Positions 1 through 13,295 of a stretch of DNA of 64,000 nt are shown here, piece by piece (the first letter of the stretch is position 1; each line of letters starts with the position of its first letter). The stretch is from Eledone cirrhosa. Lineage: Eukaryota. The notes under the pieces are model-generated. The model saw only the letters and a list, made by a program, of their open reading frames with translations. It searched no databases and was not told the origin of the DNA. The position numbers and the translations under genes are program-made. The stretch covers positions 275,962,001 through 276,026,000 of the forward strand of contig OZ024743.1 in assembly GCA_964016885.1 (NCBI GenBank), in the 5' to 3' direction.

Positions 1-674
1 TTTCAAAAATTGTGTTGAAATTCCTGTGAAAGGGTATGAAAAAGTACAATTCATTATTTTTCCTGAGTGTAAATATAAAAATAAAAACTAAAAAACAAAA
101 CAGAACAAGAAAATAAAATGAAGATGAAGAGAGACAGAGTAAAAAACAAAAAAAAACAAACAAACATAGTGGAAGATAGATAGGTAGACAGATAGATAGA
201 AACAGAAGGATGTATAAATAGAGAGAGAGAAAGAATAAGAGCATGGGAGCAAAGTGCGTGTGGGTGTGTGTGCACGTGTGTATATGTGTATGTGTGTGTA
301 CAGAAAACTGCACTTTGTTGACAAATAGCTCAAATGATCTGTTCTCTTATTAATAGTTATAATTCATGTAAGCTTTATTTCAGCGAAATCAATAAGCACT
401 GAAGTGCCATGACTAAACAGCAGCGAAACATATTGGTAGTGATGGTGGCAGTGGTGTTGGTAGTGGTGGCGTTGAGGGTATGGAGGTGGAGGAGGGGAAG
501 AAATACTAAGCTTATATCTGTGTAGGTGAAGAAAATGTATGAAAGCAAGCCCAGGTTACATATGGAAGGGGAGAGAGAGTACAAGGGGAAAAGAATAGAA
601 AAGGTATGGGGTGTGTAGTGAGTGGGTGTGTGTGTGTGTGGTAAGGTTGGGGGGAGACTGTTGGTGGTAATTTA

Positions 675-853
675 CCACCACCACAACCATCATACCCACC
701 AGCACCACTTTCACCACCATCATCACCAATACTCCCATTACCACCAGCACCAATATCACCACCACCAACACCACTGCCACCATCATCTCCACCAGCACTG
801 CTATCAGCCCCACCAGCACCACCACCATCCCCACCATCATCACTATCACCATC
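675..853. repeat. Degenerate (CAC/CAT)n trinucleotide repeat
   Basis: Run of caccaccac/catcac/cagcac units; explains the poly-His, poly-Gly and poly-Val ORFs. Confidence 0.9.
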
Positions 854-2772
854 AGTTAAGGGGCTGACTAGAAAGAAAATGTGAGTCAGACTAAACACAA
901 CTAATAACTAAAAACCAGTAATGTAAAGATTTCAATATAGTTTTTTTTGTTGTGTTGTTTGGTGTTTTTTGTTTTAGTTTTTTTTGGCAATCATTGGAAC
1001 AGATGTAGATAGAGTAAAGAGAAGAAAGAGAGAGGATGGGGGAGAGTAAAAAAACCTAAATAAGATCAGATTCAACAGGTTTCATTGGAAATAGAGAGAA
1101 AATGTATGCATATGTGAGTGTGTGTAGGCATAGAGGAGGAAGTGAACTGATATTCCACAAGAATTGAAGATATCCGCAACACAGAGGTTTATACATATAA
1201 TATATCTTAGTTTGAGCTTTCTACTTTATCTATATGCATATATATATCAGATATACTGGAAAAACAAGGTGGTTGTGGAGGAAAAGGGGTTACATATGCC
1301 TAAGTCTCACTTCTAACTTATCTATCTATATGGCTCTTATATATGTTGGTTAGTGAGTGTGGATATGTGAGGGTGTGCATGTGTATTGTTGTTATTATTA
1401 TTAATATAATATATAAATATATAATGATAGCTGACTAGCAACTAGATGTGTTTTTTCTCTCTCTCAAAAACATCCTTTCTCCTCTCTCTATCTTTCAATA
1501 AAGGACTAGCATCCAAAACATAAAAAACTATTTTCTTACACCTTATAAGCATTATACTAATATATCACAACTGTATTAAGTTGTTCATCATCATCACCAC
1601 CACATGGATTAGAGCAATGTGAAATAAAGTGCCTTTCTCAAGGACACAATGTGTTTCCAGATCCAAGAATCAAACTCATTACTTTACAATCGTAATCAGA
1701 ACATCCTAACCACTAAGCCACACACCTTCTGAAATGTGTGTGTGGGGATCCTCATCGGTCCCAATAGCAACTGTTCCAACAACAGAACAGCCTGTTCATG
1801 AAATTATTATGCAAGTGGTTGAGCATTCCACAGACATATGCAAGCAGGTCTCAAGGAGATTCAGCATAACACACAGTATGACAAGACCGATAGACTGGAG
1901 CAATGTGAACTAAAATGTCTTGCTCAAAGACAATGTGTTCTCAGCCCAATAATCTAACATCTTTACGGTTGTGTGCCAAACACCCTAACCACTGAGCCAT
2001 CCACTTTCTGAAATTGGTAAGGTACAGCATAAGACTTCTAGCTTCTGGGTTCAGAAAGACAATGAATTTATTATAGTCCTCCACAAGTGCAGCAATCAGT
2101 TGCCTAATCTGTGTTTCACTTAACTCTATCTAATTGCTGGAGGCCACATTCTTTAATTAAGAAATCATCACCACCATCATTATCATCACTATGTTAATTA
2201 TTGCCATCATGCAAAACAAAAATGTTTTCGTAGTCAGGACAGGGAAATCCCACAATTCAGATATTTGGGGGTTTACTTTGCTTTAAACTTTAGAATGAGG
2301 AAAACATCTGGAGAACTCCATGACTAACCTAACTAAATCACATATATACTAATCACAGCCACCATTGCTGCTGCCATTTCAAAGAACCAAGGAAGAATAG
2401 TAGCAACAAAATGACAGAACGTGTATAGAAGAGGTGAAGACAAAAAAAATATGAATCAAATGAAAAATTATGTACACCTATGTGCATTCTTGCTACTTGT
2501 TTGTCACTGGACTGTGGCCCATGCTGGGACACTGCCTTCTTCCTATGTTAAAAAAGAAAAAAAACAATAACAGAGTAGTCCTACTATGAAGGAGTGATAC
2601 TAGAGCTGTGAAATCTTGCATGCATTAATTTCAACTATTCTTATTAATAACTGTATTGTTTCTTTCCAGAGACTATGTTGAAAAATAAACCTCATTGGTC
2701 ATTCCATGAGAGTATCTTGGTCAGCCTATTAACTTTTCAGCTGACCCTTATACATAGAGAAAGGAGATATCT

Positions 2773-2932
2773 TTAACCCTTTTGTTAGTATATTTCTAAT
2801 GAAAACATTGCTTATAATTTTCAATATTCAATAATTCAAAAGGATTTAGTAATATAACAAACTTTCACTAGAGCAGAACCTTAAAAAAAAAGAGAAATGG
2901 CAGTTTCTTGTAGTTTGGCATCAAAGAGTTAA
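2773..2932. mobile_element. piggyBac-type MITE
   Basis: Starts ttaaccctttt, ends caaagagttaa; interior shared with other copies (atatttctaatgaaa.ac..tgc). Confidence 0.65.
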
Positions 2933-2949
2933 GTGAAGAACATCTGTGA

Positions 2950-5310
2950 ATGCAACTATAACAGCATTAAACACAACTACAACACCACAGAACACAGTTA
3001 CAACAGCCCAGAACACAGCTACAACAGCTCAGAACACCATTACAACATCCCAGAACACCATTACAACAACTCAGAACACCATTACAACATTACAACAGCT
3101 CAGAACAGCATTACAACAACTCAGAACACCATTACAACATCCCAGAACACCATTACAACATCCCAGAACACCATTACAACAACTCAGAGCGCCATTACAA
3201 CAGCCCAGAACACAGATACAACAGCTCAGAGCACCATTACAACAGCCCAGAACACCATTACAACAGCTCAGAGCGCCATTACAACAGCCCAGAACACAGA
3301 TACAACAGCTCAGAATGCCATTACAACATTACAACAGCCCAGAACACCATTACAACAGCCCAGAACACAGCTACAACAGCCCAGAACACCATTACAACAG
3401 CCCAGAACACCATTACAACAGTCCAGAACACCATTACAACAGTCCAGAACACCATTACAACAGTCCAGAACACCATTACAACAGCCCAGAACACCATTAC
3501 AACAGCCCAGAACACTATTACAACAGTCCAGAACACAGCTACAACAGTCCAGAACACAGCTACAACAGTCCAGAACACAGCTACAACAGCCCAGAACACC
3601 ATTACAACAGTCCAGAACACCATTACAACAGCCCAGAACACCATTACAACAGTCCAGAACACAGCTACAACAGCCCAGAACACCATTACAACAGCCCAGA
3701 ACACAGCTAGAACAGCCCAGAACACCATTACAACAGCCCAGAACACAGCTAGAAAAGCCCAGAACACCATTACAACAGCCCAGAACACCATTACAACAGT
3801 CCAGAACACAGCTACAACAGTCCAGAACACCATTACAACAGCCCAGAACAGTTCAGAACACCATTACAACAGTCCAGAACACAGCTACAACAGTCCAGAA
3901 CACCATTACAACAGCTCAGAACACCATTACAACAGTCCAGAACACCATTACAACAGTCCAGAATACCATTACAACAGTCCAGAACACAGCTACAACAGCC
4001 CAGAACACCATTACAACAGCCCAGAACACAGCTACAACAGCCCAGAACACCATTACAACAGTCCAGAACACAGCTACAACAGTCCAGAACACAGCTACAA
4101 CAGCCCAGAACACCATTACAACAGTCCAGAACACCATTACAACAGTCCAGAACACAGCTACAACAGTCCAGAACACAGCTACAACAGCCCAGAACACCAT
4201 TACAACAGCCCAGAACACAGCTAGAACAGCCCAGAACACCATTACAACAGCCCAGAACACCATTACAACAGTCCAGAACACCATTACAACAGTCCAGAAC
4301 ACAGCTACAACAGCCCAGAACACCATTACAACAGTCCAGAACACCATTACAACAGCCCAGAACACAGCTAGAACAGCCCAGAACACAGCTAGAAAAGCCC
4401 AGAACACCATTACAACAGCCCAGAACACCATTACAACAGTCCAGAACACCATTACAACAGCCCAGAACAGTTCAGAACACCATTACAACAGTCCAGAACA
4501 CAGCTACAACAGTCCAGAACACCATTACAACAGCTCAGAACACCATTACAACAGTCCAGAACACCATTACAACAGTCCAGAATACCATTACAACAGTCCA
4601 GAACACAGCTACAACAGCCCAGAACACCATTACAACAGCCCAGAACACAGCTACAACAGTCCAGAACACCATTACAACAGTCCAGAACACCATTACAACA
4701 GCCCAGAACACCATTACAACAGTCCAGAACACAGCTACAACAGCCCAGAACACCATTACAACAGCCCAGAACACAGCTACAACAGCCCAGAACACCATTA
4801 CAACAGCCCAGAACACAGCTACAACAGTCCAGAACACAGCTACAACAGTCCAGAACACAGCTACAACAGCCCAGAACACCATTACAACAGCCCAGAACAC
4901 AGCTACAACAGCCCAGAACACAGCTACAACAGCCCAGAACACAGCTACAACAGTCCAGAACACAGCTACAACAGTCCAGAACACAGCTACAACAGCCCAG
5001 AACACCATTACAACAGCCCAGAACACAGCTACAACAGCCTAGAACACAACTATCATACTACAGCCCAGAACAGAAATACAATAGCCAAAAAACATGGTTA
5101 CAACACCTCAGAATGACTACAACAGCCCATCAACACCTCAGAACACCATTGCAACACATGAGAACACAACTACAACAATCCAGAACACTGCTACAACAGC
5201 CCAGAACATGATTACAACTCAGACCACATTATGATTACAACAACTGACAACATGACTAAGACAACCTCAGAACACTGATACAACTCCTCAGAACATGACT
5301 ATAACACTAT
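2950..5310. repeat. 21-bp minisatellite CAGAACAC(CAT/AGC)TACAACAG(C/T)C, about 100 units, with degenerate flanks
   Basis: Directly visible tandem array; homogeneous core about 3330-5040. Confidence 0.98.
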
Positions 5311-7966
5311 TTTCAGATGGTAGCAATCCATCATCGCAACCATTATTTTCAATATATATACCTACAGAATGTTCTCACACATCCTTAAAACAAAATATAT
5401 ACAGACGCCTCACATGCAGTTGACACCATACACACATATCACCATTCTCCAAACACAGTTGCTGAACAACTCAAATCCTATAAAAAATCCTGCAGAAACC
5501 TGGTTCTACTCAACAGACACATTAAACTCTTAACAACTTGCAATGATTTAGCAAAAAATATCTAAAAACATGTTTGTTAATTCAAATATTTATAGTATCT
5601 TTACTAGTGGACAGATTGTTTTGAAAATATGCAGTAAACTAAAAGACAAATTATTAATGCGATACAGTCACAGTGCTGCTTTATACTTTTTAAGAATGTC
5701 TTTTTTCTGTTGTTTCGTGTGATTTATTAATTTAAATGTTTATAGGATTTTTACTAATAGACAGATTGTTGTGAAAAACTGCAATAAACTAAAGTAAAAA
5801 AAAGACTTAATTAATGTGATGCAGTCTTCATACCATTTTGTACTTTTTAAGAATGTCTTGCTAATGTGGCTTCATGTAGTACAAATCGCTAAGATTTTAA
5901 CATGCATTTACCAAATATGTTATCACTCTTTTTACCATCAACACCAGAGAGCATAAAATACAACCAACCAATACACTTGATGACAACAACCACACATACG
6001 ACAAAGTAAAGAAAGTAAAAGAATGCACAAACTTACTTGGATCAATCGCAAGACCATTTTTAGCCAACAGAAAGAAACGACCATAATTGTGACAAGCAGT
6101 CCACTAGATTCACCTAGAACTACAACTGTTTGGGTCCCTAAACTTGCACAATAAACTACAAACAACACAAAGAACATACTCTGCATCACAATGAATATGA
6201 GTGTGGTCTAAGTGCAACATATGCATCAAGCAGGTTGTATTCAGACCACACCCATAAAGCATCAGATATGCATATGGCACAATCTGTTTGCTACAGGACA
6301 TTCAACCCCCGCAAAATCTAATATCATCATCATTTTCATGTTGACTCTTCCATGCTGGAATGATTTGAGGCAATCTTTTACAGCCAGATGTTCTTCCTCA
6401 TACCAACACTTTTAGTTACTTCCTACAACAATATGCAGGGATATGGTGCACCTGATACACATTTCATGAAAAGTCACATCCAAACAACCCAGGCACATAT
6501 GCAACACCCAACAACACTAGTATGATGGCATCCTAAAATCATTATCTCTCTCACAGAGCTTCAACAAAAACATATACACATAAAAATAGGATCTGTGAGT
6601 TAAGCCTAGGCATTTGATTGACTGTGTGTCCCAGGTCTACTCAATTAGGGCTGACCTAAGGCTATGCAACAACAACATCTTAAAAATAGAACACTATCCC
6701 TCCTACTGAGCCAAGGCAAATATAAAACACATGCACATAAAAATAGTCAGGGCATCTATAACCTTATTAACTAAAAACACTGTTCTGGAGGGTGTACATT
6801 TTGATTTTTAAAGGTCATGATGGGGTATGAGAATGCATCTCCAGAGTGCAAGTCTGGGCAAAACATTTTTGTGTAAGACCAGTAGTCACCCCATCATGCC
6901 AGTCTCTCCTCTCCATGCTACTGATGTTGTCCAAGAGAAAAGTAAAGGTTGATACAGCTTCACACCAGTGTCATTACAACTCACTCTTTCAAGCTGAATT
7001 GACTGGAGTAACATGAAATATAATATCTTGCTCAAGTACACAATACAGGTTCAGAAATCGAGCTCACAATCTTGTGATCACAACCACATGACTTCACACT
7101 GTGATATACACAACCAATAATATGTGAAAGAACAGCCAATTGTTCAAGCCATGACTACCATTAGAACTCACTGGCATATTGTGTAAGTGTATGAGCAGGG
7201 AGAAAGAAAGCAGCATGCCCAGACTATTGCACAATATACTTCTACACTGCAGATGTCTATCATATATCTGGAACAAAAGATTTGTCGATTACACCTAGCT
7301 ATTTCATTGACTAACCTATATGTCAATTCTGACATGAGCTAACAACAATAAACACAAAATGCTGAAGAAACCCAAGATGCAGGAAATTGTATTAAGGATC
7401 ATCTGCACTGCAAAGCATTTGGAAAATAAAATATGGGTTTATTATACAGGTTACATGGCTATAGATTTTAAAGGAAGAGTCTATGTAGCTGATTAGTTGA
7501 TTTCTAATTAAGGCACAAGTCAAGTAAATTTGAAGAAGGGCGAAGTTGATTAAATTAACCCCAGTACTTGACTGGTACTTTATTTTATTGACCTGAGAGG
7601 GATAAAAAGTGAAACTAACCATGAAGAGATTTGAACTCAAAATGTAAAGGACTCAGAAGGAATACTTCAATGATATTTTATCAGATGCTCTACTAATTCT
7701 GCCATTCTACTACTCTCCTGTAGCTGATTATATTGACTGCTGTACTTACTGTTATCATTATAATTAATTAGCAGAGTCAGTAGAGCGTCAGGTGAAATAC
7801 ATTGCAGTACTTCCTTACAGTCCTGTATGTCCTGATTTCAAATCTTGCCAAGGCCAATGTTGTCTTTTATTCTTCTGAGGTAGATAAAATAAAGTACCTT
7901 CCCTAAAAAACATTGCTAGCCTTTTGCTAAAAATAAAGACCATTACCATTATTACCATCACCAGTG

Positions 7967-8187
7967 TGGTGGAGTGGCAGTATCGGTAGAGTGTCAAGAC
8001 ACCATGCATTGCGACATAGAGTTATGACTATTTACGTTCTGAGTTCAAATCACACCGAGGTTAGCTTTGCCTTTCATCTTTACGGGGTCGATAAAATAAA
8101 GTACCAGTAATGCACTGGGGTCGATTTAATCGACTTACCCCTCCCCCCAAATGGTTGGCCTGTTTCCAAATCAGAAACCATTATTAT
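7967..8187 (+). mobile_element. tRNA-derived SINE, family A (core GCCTTTCATCCTTACGGGGTCGATAAAATAAAGTACCAG)
   Basis: A-box-like tggcagtatcgg, B-box gagttcaaatc, conserved core, tail agaaaccattattat. Other copies at about 7505-7710(-), 7770-7900(+), 9765-9871(-), 20080-20330(-), 31855-31990(+), 53430-53550(-), 57905-57980(-). Confidence 0.85.
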
Positions 8188-8406
8188 AACAAACAATCTC
8201 TGCCCCCCAAGATACAGCAGATCCCTGAGAGCTAGATGATATACTGTAGTATGGGACAATAAAAAAGAGTAGCAGCTTCTACTGTTGATTAAATCAAGTA
8301 CACAATCCTTTTTTTTTTTTAACCACATAGTCAGGAGGGGAAAGGCAGTGTCCATAAACCTTTTCAGGACCTCTATGACTGGTAGGAAGCAGAGAGGAAA
8401 TTATCC

Positions 8407-8639
8407 TTAACACTTTCGTTTCCATATTTCTAATGAAAGACACTGCTTAAGATGTTCAAAATCATTTTGAAAATAATCAAGTATTTGAATGTATTTAGTA
8501 AAGTGACTAATTTTTCTCAATATTAAAGCTGGTGTTTGGAACAAAGATTTTAGAAAAAATGTTTAGACAAACAGAAACAATTTGAAATAAACAGTATAAT
8601 ACTGTTGAATCAGGGATGGTTTGGTATCAAATGGGTTAA
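8407..8639. mobile_element. piggyBac-type MITE
   Basis: ttaacactttcg ... caaatgggttaa termini; same family as 2773, 52266 and 57497. Confidence 0.65.
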
Positions 8640-10281
8640 AACAGTAACTTGCAACACGGTGAACTCTGCTAAAGACACCCAGGGACTAGGTGGTAGTATT
8701 TTAAACCGGCCATATCCAGCCAGAATTCTTCACCTCATTCTGTTCAAACTGGCTGTAACTGGCCACTCATACCTATGTTAAGATATTGCTTTCAAAATAA
8801 ATAATATCAAAACCTCATAGATCCGATATTATGAGATAAAGTCATTACTGTGAAAATACAATAGTATATATAGAGTTATGTAAATACTAAAGTATTAAAC
8901 CAAGCAACAGATTACTTATGTCTACCACCCAAGAAGTCTACGAAACTATAGAATAAATAATATTTATTATTACGATTATTATCACATATTTTATTGTTGT
9001 TGCTGTTATTACATACATATAGCTGTTTCGATAATTTTTCATATCTATACCCTATCTGGAAGAGTTGAAAACCAGCTTATTAATGTAGTTTGTAAGGAGA
9101 GAAAAAAAAAAAAAATGCAAGTAGGCAACCATGTATTACTTGACTATAATCAACAGGTCCAAGTAACTTTTTTTCTTCCTGTCTTTGTTTTAGATAACAG
9201 TTTGTTTAAGGATCTGATTTGCCCACAACCCACCGACGGTCATTATTTAAAAATAGAAATATATATATAATTGAAAAAAAAAACATAATCAGAAATTATA
9301 TATACACACATATATATATATATGTATATACATTTACACACACACATGAGTGTATGTATGTATGTATGTATGTGCAGATATATAAAGTAGAATGTTATTC
9401 CATTATGTGTATATATATATATATAAGCATGTATGTGCACATATATAGTAAAATAGTATCCGCTAGTAAAAAACAAAAGGGAAATCCATATATATATCCG
9501 TATGTGGTTGGCACCTTTCAGAAAACAGTACTCAATACCAAAGTAGAGTTTTAATATTTATTAACGCTAAATGGGGAGTCTTGTTACTCTGGAATTTTGC
9601 CTGGAGAAAGAGAGAGAGAGAGAGAGAGAGAAAATTCCATTAAATATCTATCTATGTAACAATAACAACATGCCTGGCTCACTTGTATACTAGCTGACTT
9701 TGTTACAAACAGGACAGGTGAATGCTAGTACTACTACTACTACTATTAAAATACTAATAAAATAATTGTTTCTACTTTAGGCACAAGGCCAGCAATTAAC
9801 CAGTGCATTACTGGTACTTTATTTTATCGACCCCGTAAGGATGAAAGGCAAAGTTAACCTCGGCGGGATTTAAAATAATGAATAATAATGTGAATAATTG
9901 TTTCTTTATTAGCCACACAGAGCTTACATTAAAAAGACAATAAGGATAGTACAGGACTGTAAAGTGTAGGGTTTATTGTGCGAGAGAAAGGTTTATAAAG
10001 AAGACTAGATAATAAACATATAAAAATAAGGTATAACAAATTCCTGAAAAGTGGGGATACTTCCGAGGATCACTCATGGAGAAAGCTCACAAAAAACTCT
10101 GGTAACCTTCACCACTAAGGCATGTGCCCTCTCTCAGACGTTCTCTTCCAATTTACAAGTGCATACTCAGAGCAAGCCCTTTCACTCGGACCATAATGAT
10201 GATGATAATAAAAATAATAATAATTAAAATGATAGTGGTGGTGGTGGTGAAAGCATTTGAGAAATGAAATGTCATGCTTAC

Positions 10282-10362
10282 CATGACTGCTAATGTTGGA
10301 GAAATTATTCCAGGTAAAAGCAGGAAGGGTCTCTCACATGGATGCAAAATATTTAAATGCAT
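10282..10362 (-). CDS. Candidate alternative first coding exon (MHLNILHPCERPFLLLPGIISPTLAVM), phase-0 donor
   Basis: ATG at 10362, 27 open codons, ends ATG|GTAAGC, same phase as the 56671 donor, no good upstream acceptor. Speculative. Confidence 0.25.
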
Positions 10363-11696
10363 TTCAGAATTTCATGAAAAACAATAACAACCAAAACCAA
10401 TATCCTATCCTAATGAACTGGGGAGTAGGTATATATATATTTATAAATATATATATCAGTATATTTTGTGATGTAAAACAACAAAACCACCCCCCAGAAG
10501 AAACAGCTTAAAATGAATATATGGTAAGCTAGAGGAGGCATACATGTCTAAGTTATTTCTTTCTCTAAGTAGTGTAAGTTAAATGAGAGGGGGGGGGGGA
10601 CTAGGAAAAGAAAGAAAACAAACCTAACTAACTAACAATACCAAACCCCTCAGAAAAAAAAACCCTTAGTGCTAGCATATGTGAATGAACCCTGGTGTCA
10701 ATGGCAGGGTCCTCTTACTAGTGAGCTATAAAAGATAGTGGTGGTGGTGATAGTAGTAGTATGCTAGTTGTAAGTATATAGCTTGGGCAGAGAGCGATTA
10801 TTTTTTTTTTTACTGTTTTTGGTTGGGTGAAGTGGTGGAGTGGAATGGAGAGATTGGTTTGGCTAGCCAAAGCTCATCCCACCCCCTCTTGTCACCCCCA
10901 CACCACCCCACCTCTTTCACTCCACTCTACTACAGCTGGGGGTGACAGCCCCATGCAATATATCATGCAAATTGTGGCTGGTGACACTTGACAGTTTTTG
11001 TATATCCCTTCTAGTCTTTACTGAGCCATTCAACTACCATAACATACATGGATCTTGAGAGGTGGCTTTTTGAAGGACAGCTATATAGCTTGCCAGCCAA
11101 TACAAATGTTTCTCTTTCTCCCCCTCTTTCTCTCTATCTAACCCCACCCTCCTTCTCATTCTCCTTATCTTTCTTCTCTCTTCCCTATCCTCTCTCTATC
11201 ACAAATACACACAAAGTTATATGACAGAAAAGAGAAAACTAAAAATAAGAGTTAATCAGCCACAGGAGCCCTTTCATTTTATATACTATTAGCATTCCAA
11301 CAGTTACTAATGCAAAGCCCTGAAAAAGTTAGCAATAATTCAGTCCTTCCCAACAAAAACCACAATTTACCCCACCTTCTTCCTTCACCTCCTCCTCCAC
11401 CAGACACTTTATGCCTGTTGAATTAACTGAGGCTCTCAATAAAAACGAATGAATAACTATTTATTTATCACTAGTGTATGTGTGTGTGTTCTTTTATTCT
11501 TTTGCTATGTATGTCATTAGACTGTGGCCATGCTAGGGCACCGCCATCAAGAAACTTAGTTGATTATATATCACCCCCCCCCACCCCCCCCCACCCCAGT
11601 ACTTATTTTTTCCAAACTTATTTTATTGATCTCTATTTTTAAACCACTAAGTTATGGGACATAAAATAAACCATTATTGTATGTAGTGTACATGCT

Positions 11697-11757
11697 GATG
11701 AGTTGTAGTGCACCTGAGCACTGTACACAATGATTTCATTATTATAATTATTATTAT
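11697..11757 (+). mobile_element. Solo 3' tip of the CR1-type LINE
   Basis: gatgagttgtagtgcacctgagcactgtacacaat matches the 3' end of the LINE at about 19426-19460, followed by (ATT)n. Confidence 0.85.
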
Positions 11758-11759
11758 TC

Positions 11760-11950
11760 CGGATTGGCAGTATCGGTAGAGAGTCGGACACCATGCTTTG
11801 AAGCATAGAGTTACGTCCCTTTATGATCTGAGTTCAAATCCCGCCGAGGTTTACTTTGCCTTTCATCCTTACGGGGTCGATAAAATAAATTACCAGTAAT
11901 GTATTGGGTATTTGCTGGCCTTGTGCCTAAAATAGAAACAATTATTATTT
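11760..11950 (+). mobile_element. SINE family A copy
   Basis: ggattggcagtatcggtagag ... gagttcaaatcccgccgagg ... gaaacaattattat. Confidence 0.88.
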
Positions 11951-12087
11951 CATTTTTATATTTTTTCATTGTTAAATTGGTTTTCTTATTGTGTATTTTC
12001 ACTCAATCTTATTGTAAACCTACACTGTCCATACCTTTGTACTATCCGCTACATGTCGGCCCTTGTGGCATATAAATGAAACCATTG

Positions 12088-12285
12088 TGGATTGGCAGTA
12101 TCGGTAGAGGGTCGGACGCTATGCTTTGAAGCATAGAGTTACGTCCCTTTATGATCTGAGTTTGAATCCCGCCGAGGTTAACTTTGCCTTTCATCCTTAC
12201 GGGGTCGATAAAATAGAGTACCAGTAATGTACGGGGTAATTGCTGGCCTTGTGCCAAAAGTAGAAACAATTATTATAATTAATAT
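12088..12285 (+). mobile_element. SINE family A copy, near-identical to 11760-11950
   Basis: Same head, core and tail with few substitutions; CpGs retained. Confidence 0.88.
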
Positions 12286-12319
12286 TATTAAACAGTAAAC
12301 ACATACAGAGGAGCATATG

Positions 12320-12470
12320 ATGAACTTCCACAGTTTTCATCTACCAAATTTCACCCACAAGACACTGATGAACCTATGGCTATATTAGAAAACTCTTGCC
12401 TAAGGTGCCATGCAGTGGGACCAGATCTAAAACAACATGGTTGGAAAACAAACTCCTTAACCATGCAGCT
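12320..12470 (-). mobile_element. SINE family C (CORE-SINE-like), degenerate
   Basis: Reverse-complement similarity to 17200-17348 (ttaagaagtt..., gcacctt(a/g)ggcaag.g.ttttcta.tatagc). Confidence 0.6.
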
Positions 12471-12959
12471 CTAGTGAGGATTTTGTTGATTAGTTTCAGG
12501 CAGAAAGATCTCAGTAATGAAATGTGAAATGGCCCCAAAGCCCCAGTTAATGTACACAAAAACTTTATTCTATCCCAAATATTGAGTTCATTTCAATTTG
12601 TTAAGTAAAAGTTATCACTAGAAATACTTGCAAACACAACTTCATAGCTATATATCATCATCACAATTTAACATTTCCCCTACCCAGGATGCCCCACCTC
12701 CCACCCCTAATCAGTACTCCTGATCTCCCATCTCCTTGTACTCAGAACATTTGTGCATTTTATCATGGCAACAGCATTTTGAGAGTTTTTTTTTAAATTA
12801 TATATATATTGTAATAATAATAAATTTGAAGACTAAAATCCAAAGAGGGCTCGATAAGGATAAATATATATCAAATATATAAGAACCGTAGATATATATA
12901 TATATATAAAATCAAAACACTCCCAAGGAGAGTACAAGGAGAGGGGAGATTTTATATAT

Positions 12960-13019
12960 GTCCAAACCCATGCAAGCGTGGAACACGGACGTTAAACGTT
13001 GATGATGATGATGATGATG

Positions 13020-13021
<2 letters not shown>
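12960..13021 (+). mobile_element. Solo 3' tip of the RTE LINE with (GAT)n tail
   Basis: 41 nt identical to 14919-14959, plus GAT repeats. Confidence 0.9.
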
Positions 13022-13050
<29 letters not shown>

Positions 13051-13070
13051 TACATACATACATACATACA

Positions 13071-13106
<36 letters not shown>

Positions 13107-13295
13107 TATAAAGGATGGTATAAACCTGACCATGATGCCGAAACCACTAAGTGTCATGATCAGGTTTATACCTTCCTTTATACCCACTCTGCTCCTTCCC
13201 ATGCATGGAGTACTACCCTGATTTGAGGACTACTCGAGCTTGATACCACAGATTTTACATATAATTATATAGTCACTGTCAGATATTTGGGAGGT

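Noticed and set aside
512-898. His-rich, Gly-rich and Val-rich ORFs
   Set aside because: Products of a degenerate CAC trinucleotide repeat.
2933-5116. 727-aa ORF (TTAQNT / LQQPRTP / YNSPEHH repeats) as a mucin-like protein
   Set aside because: It is a 21-bp minisatellite whose common unit has no stop codon; the ORF drifts through all three frames, starts at GTG and lies antisense in a probable intron.
2950-5310. CRISPR-like array
   Set aside because: Head-to-tail units with no unique spacers, no cas genes, eukaryotic context.
7967-8060. tRNA gene
   Set aside because: A and B boxes are present but no cloverleaf; the sequence continues into a multi-copy SINE body.
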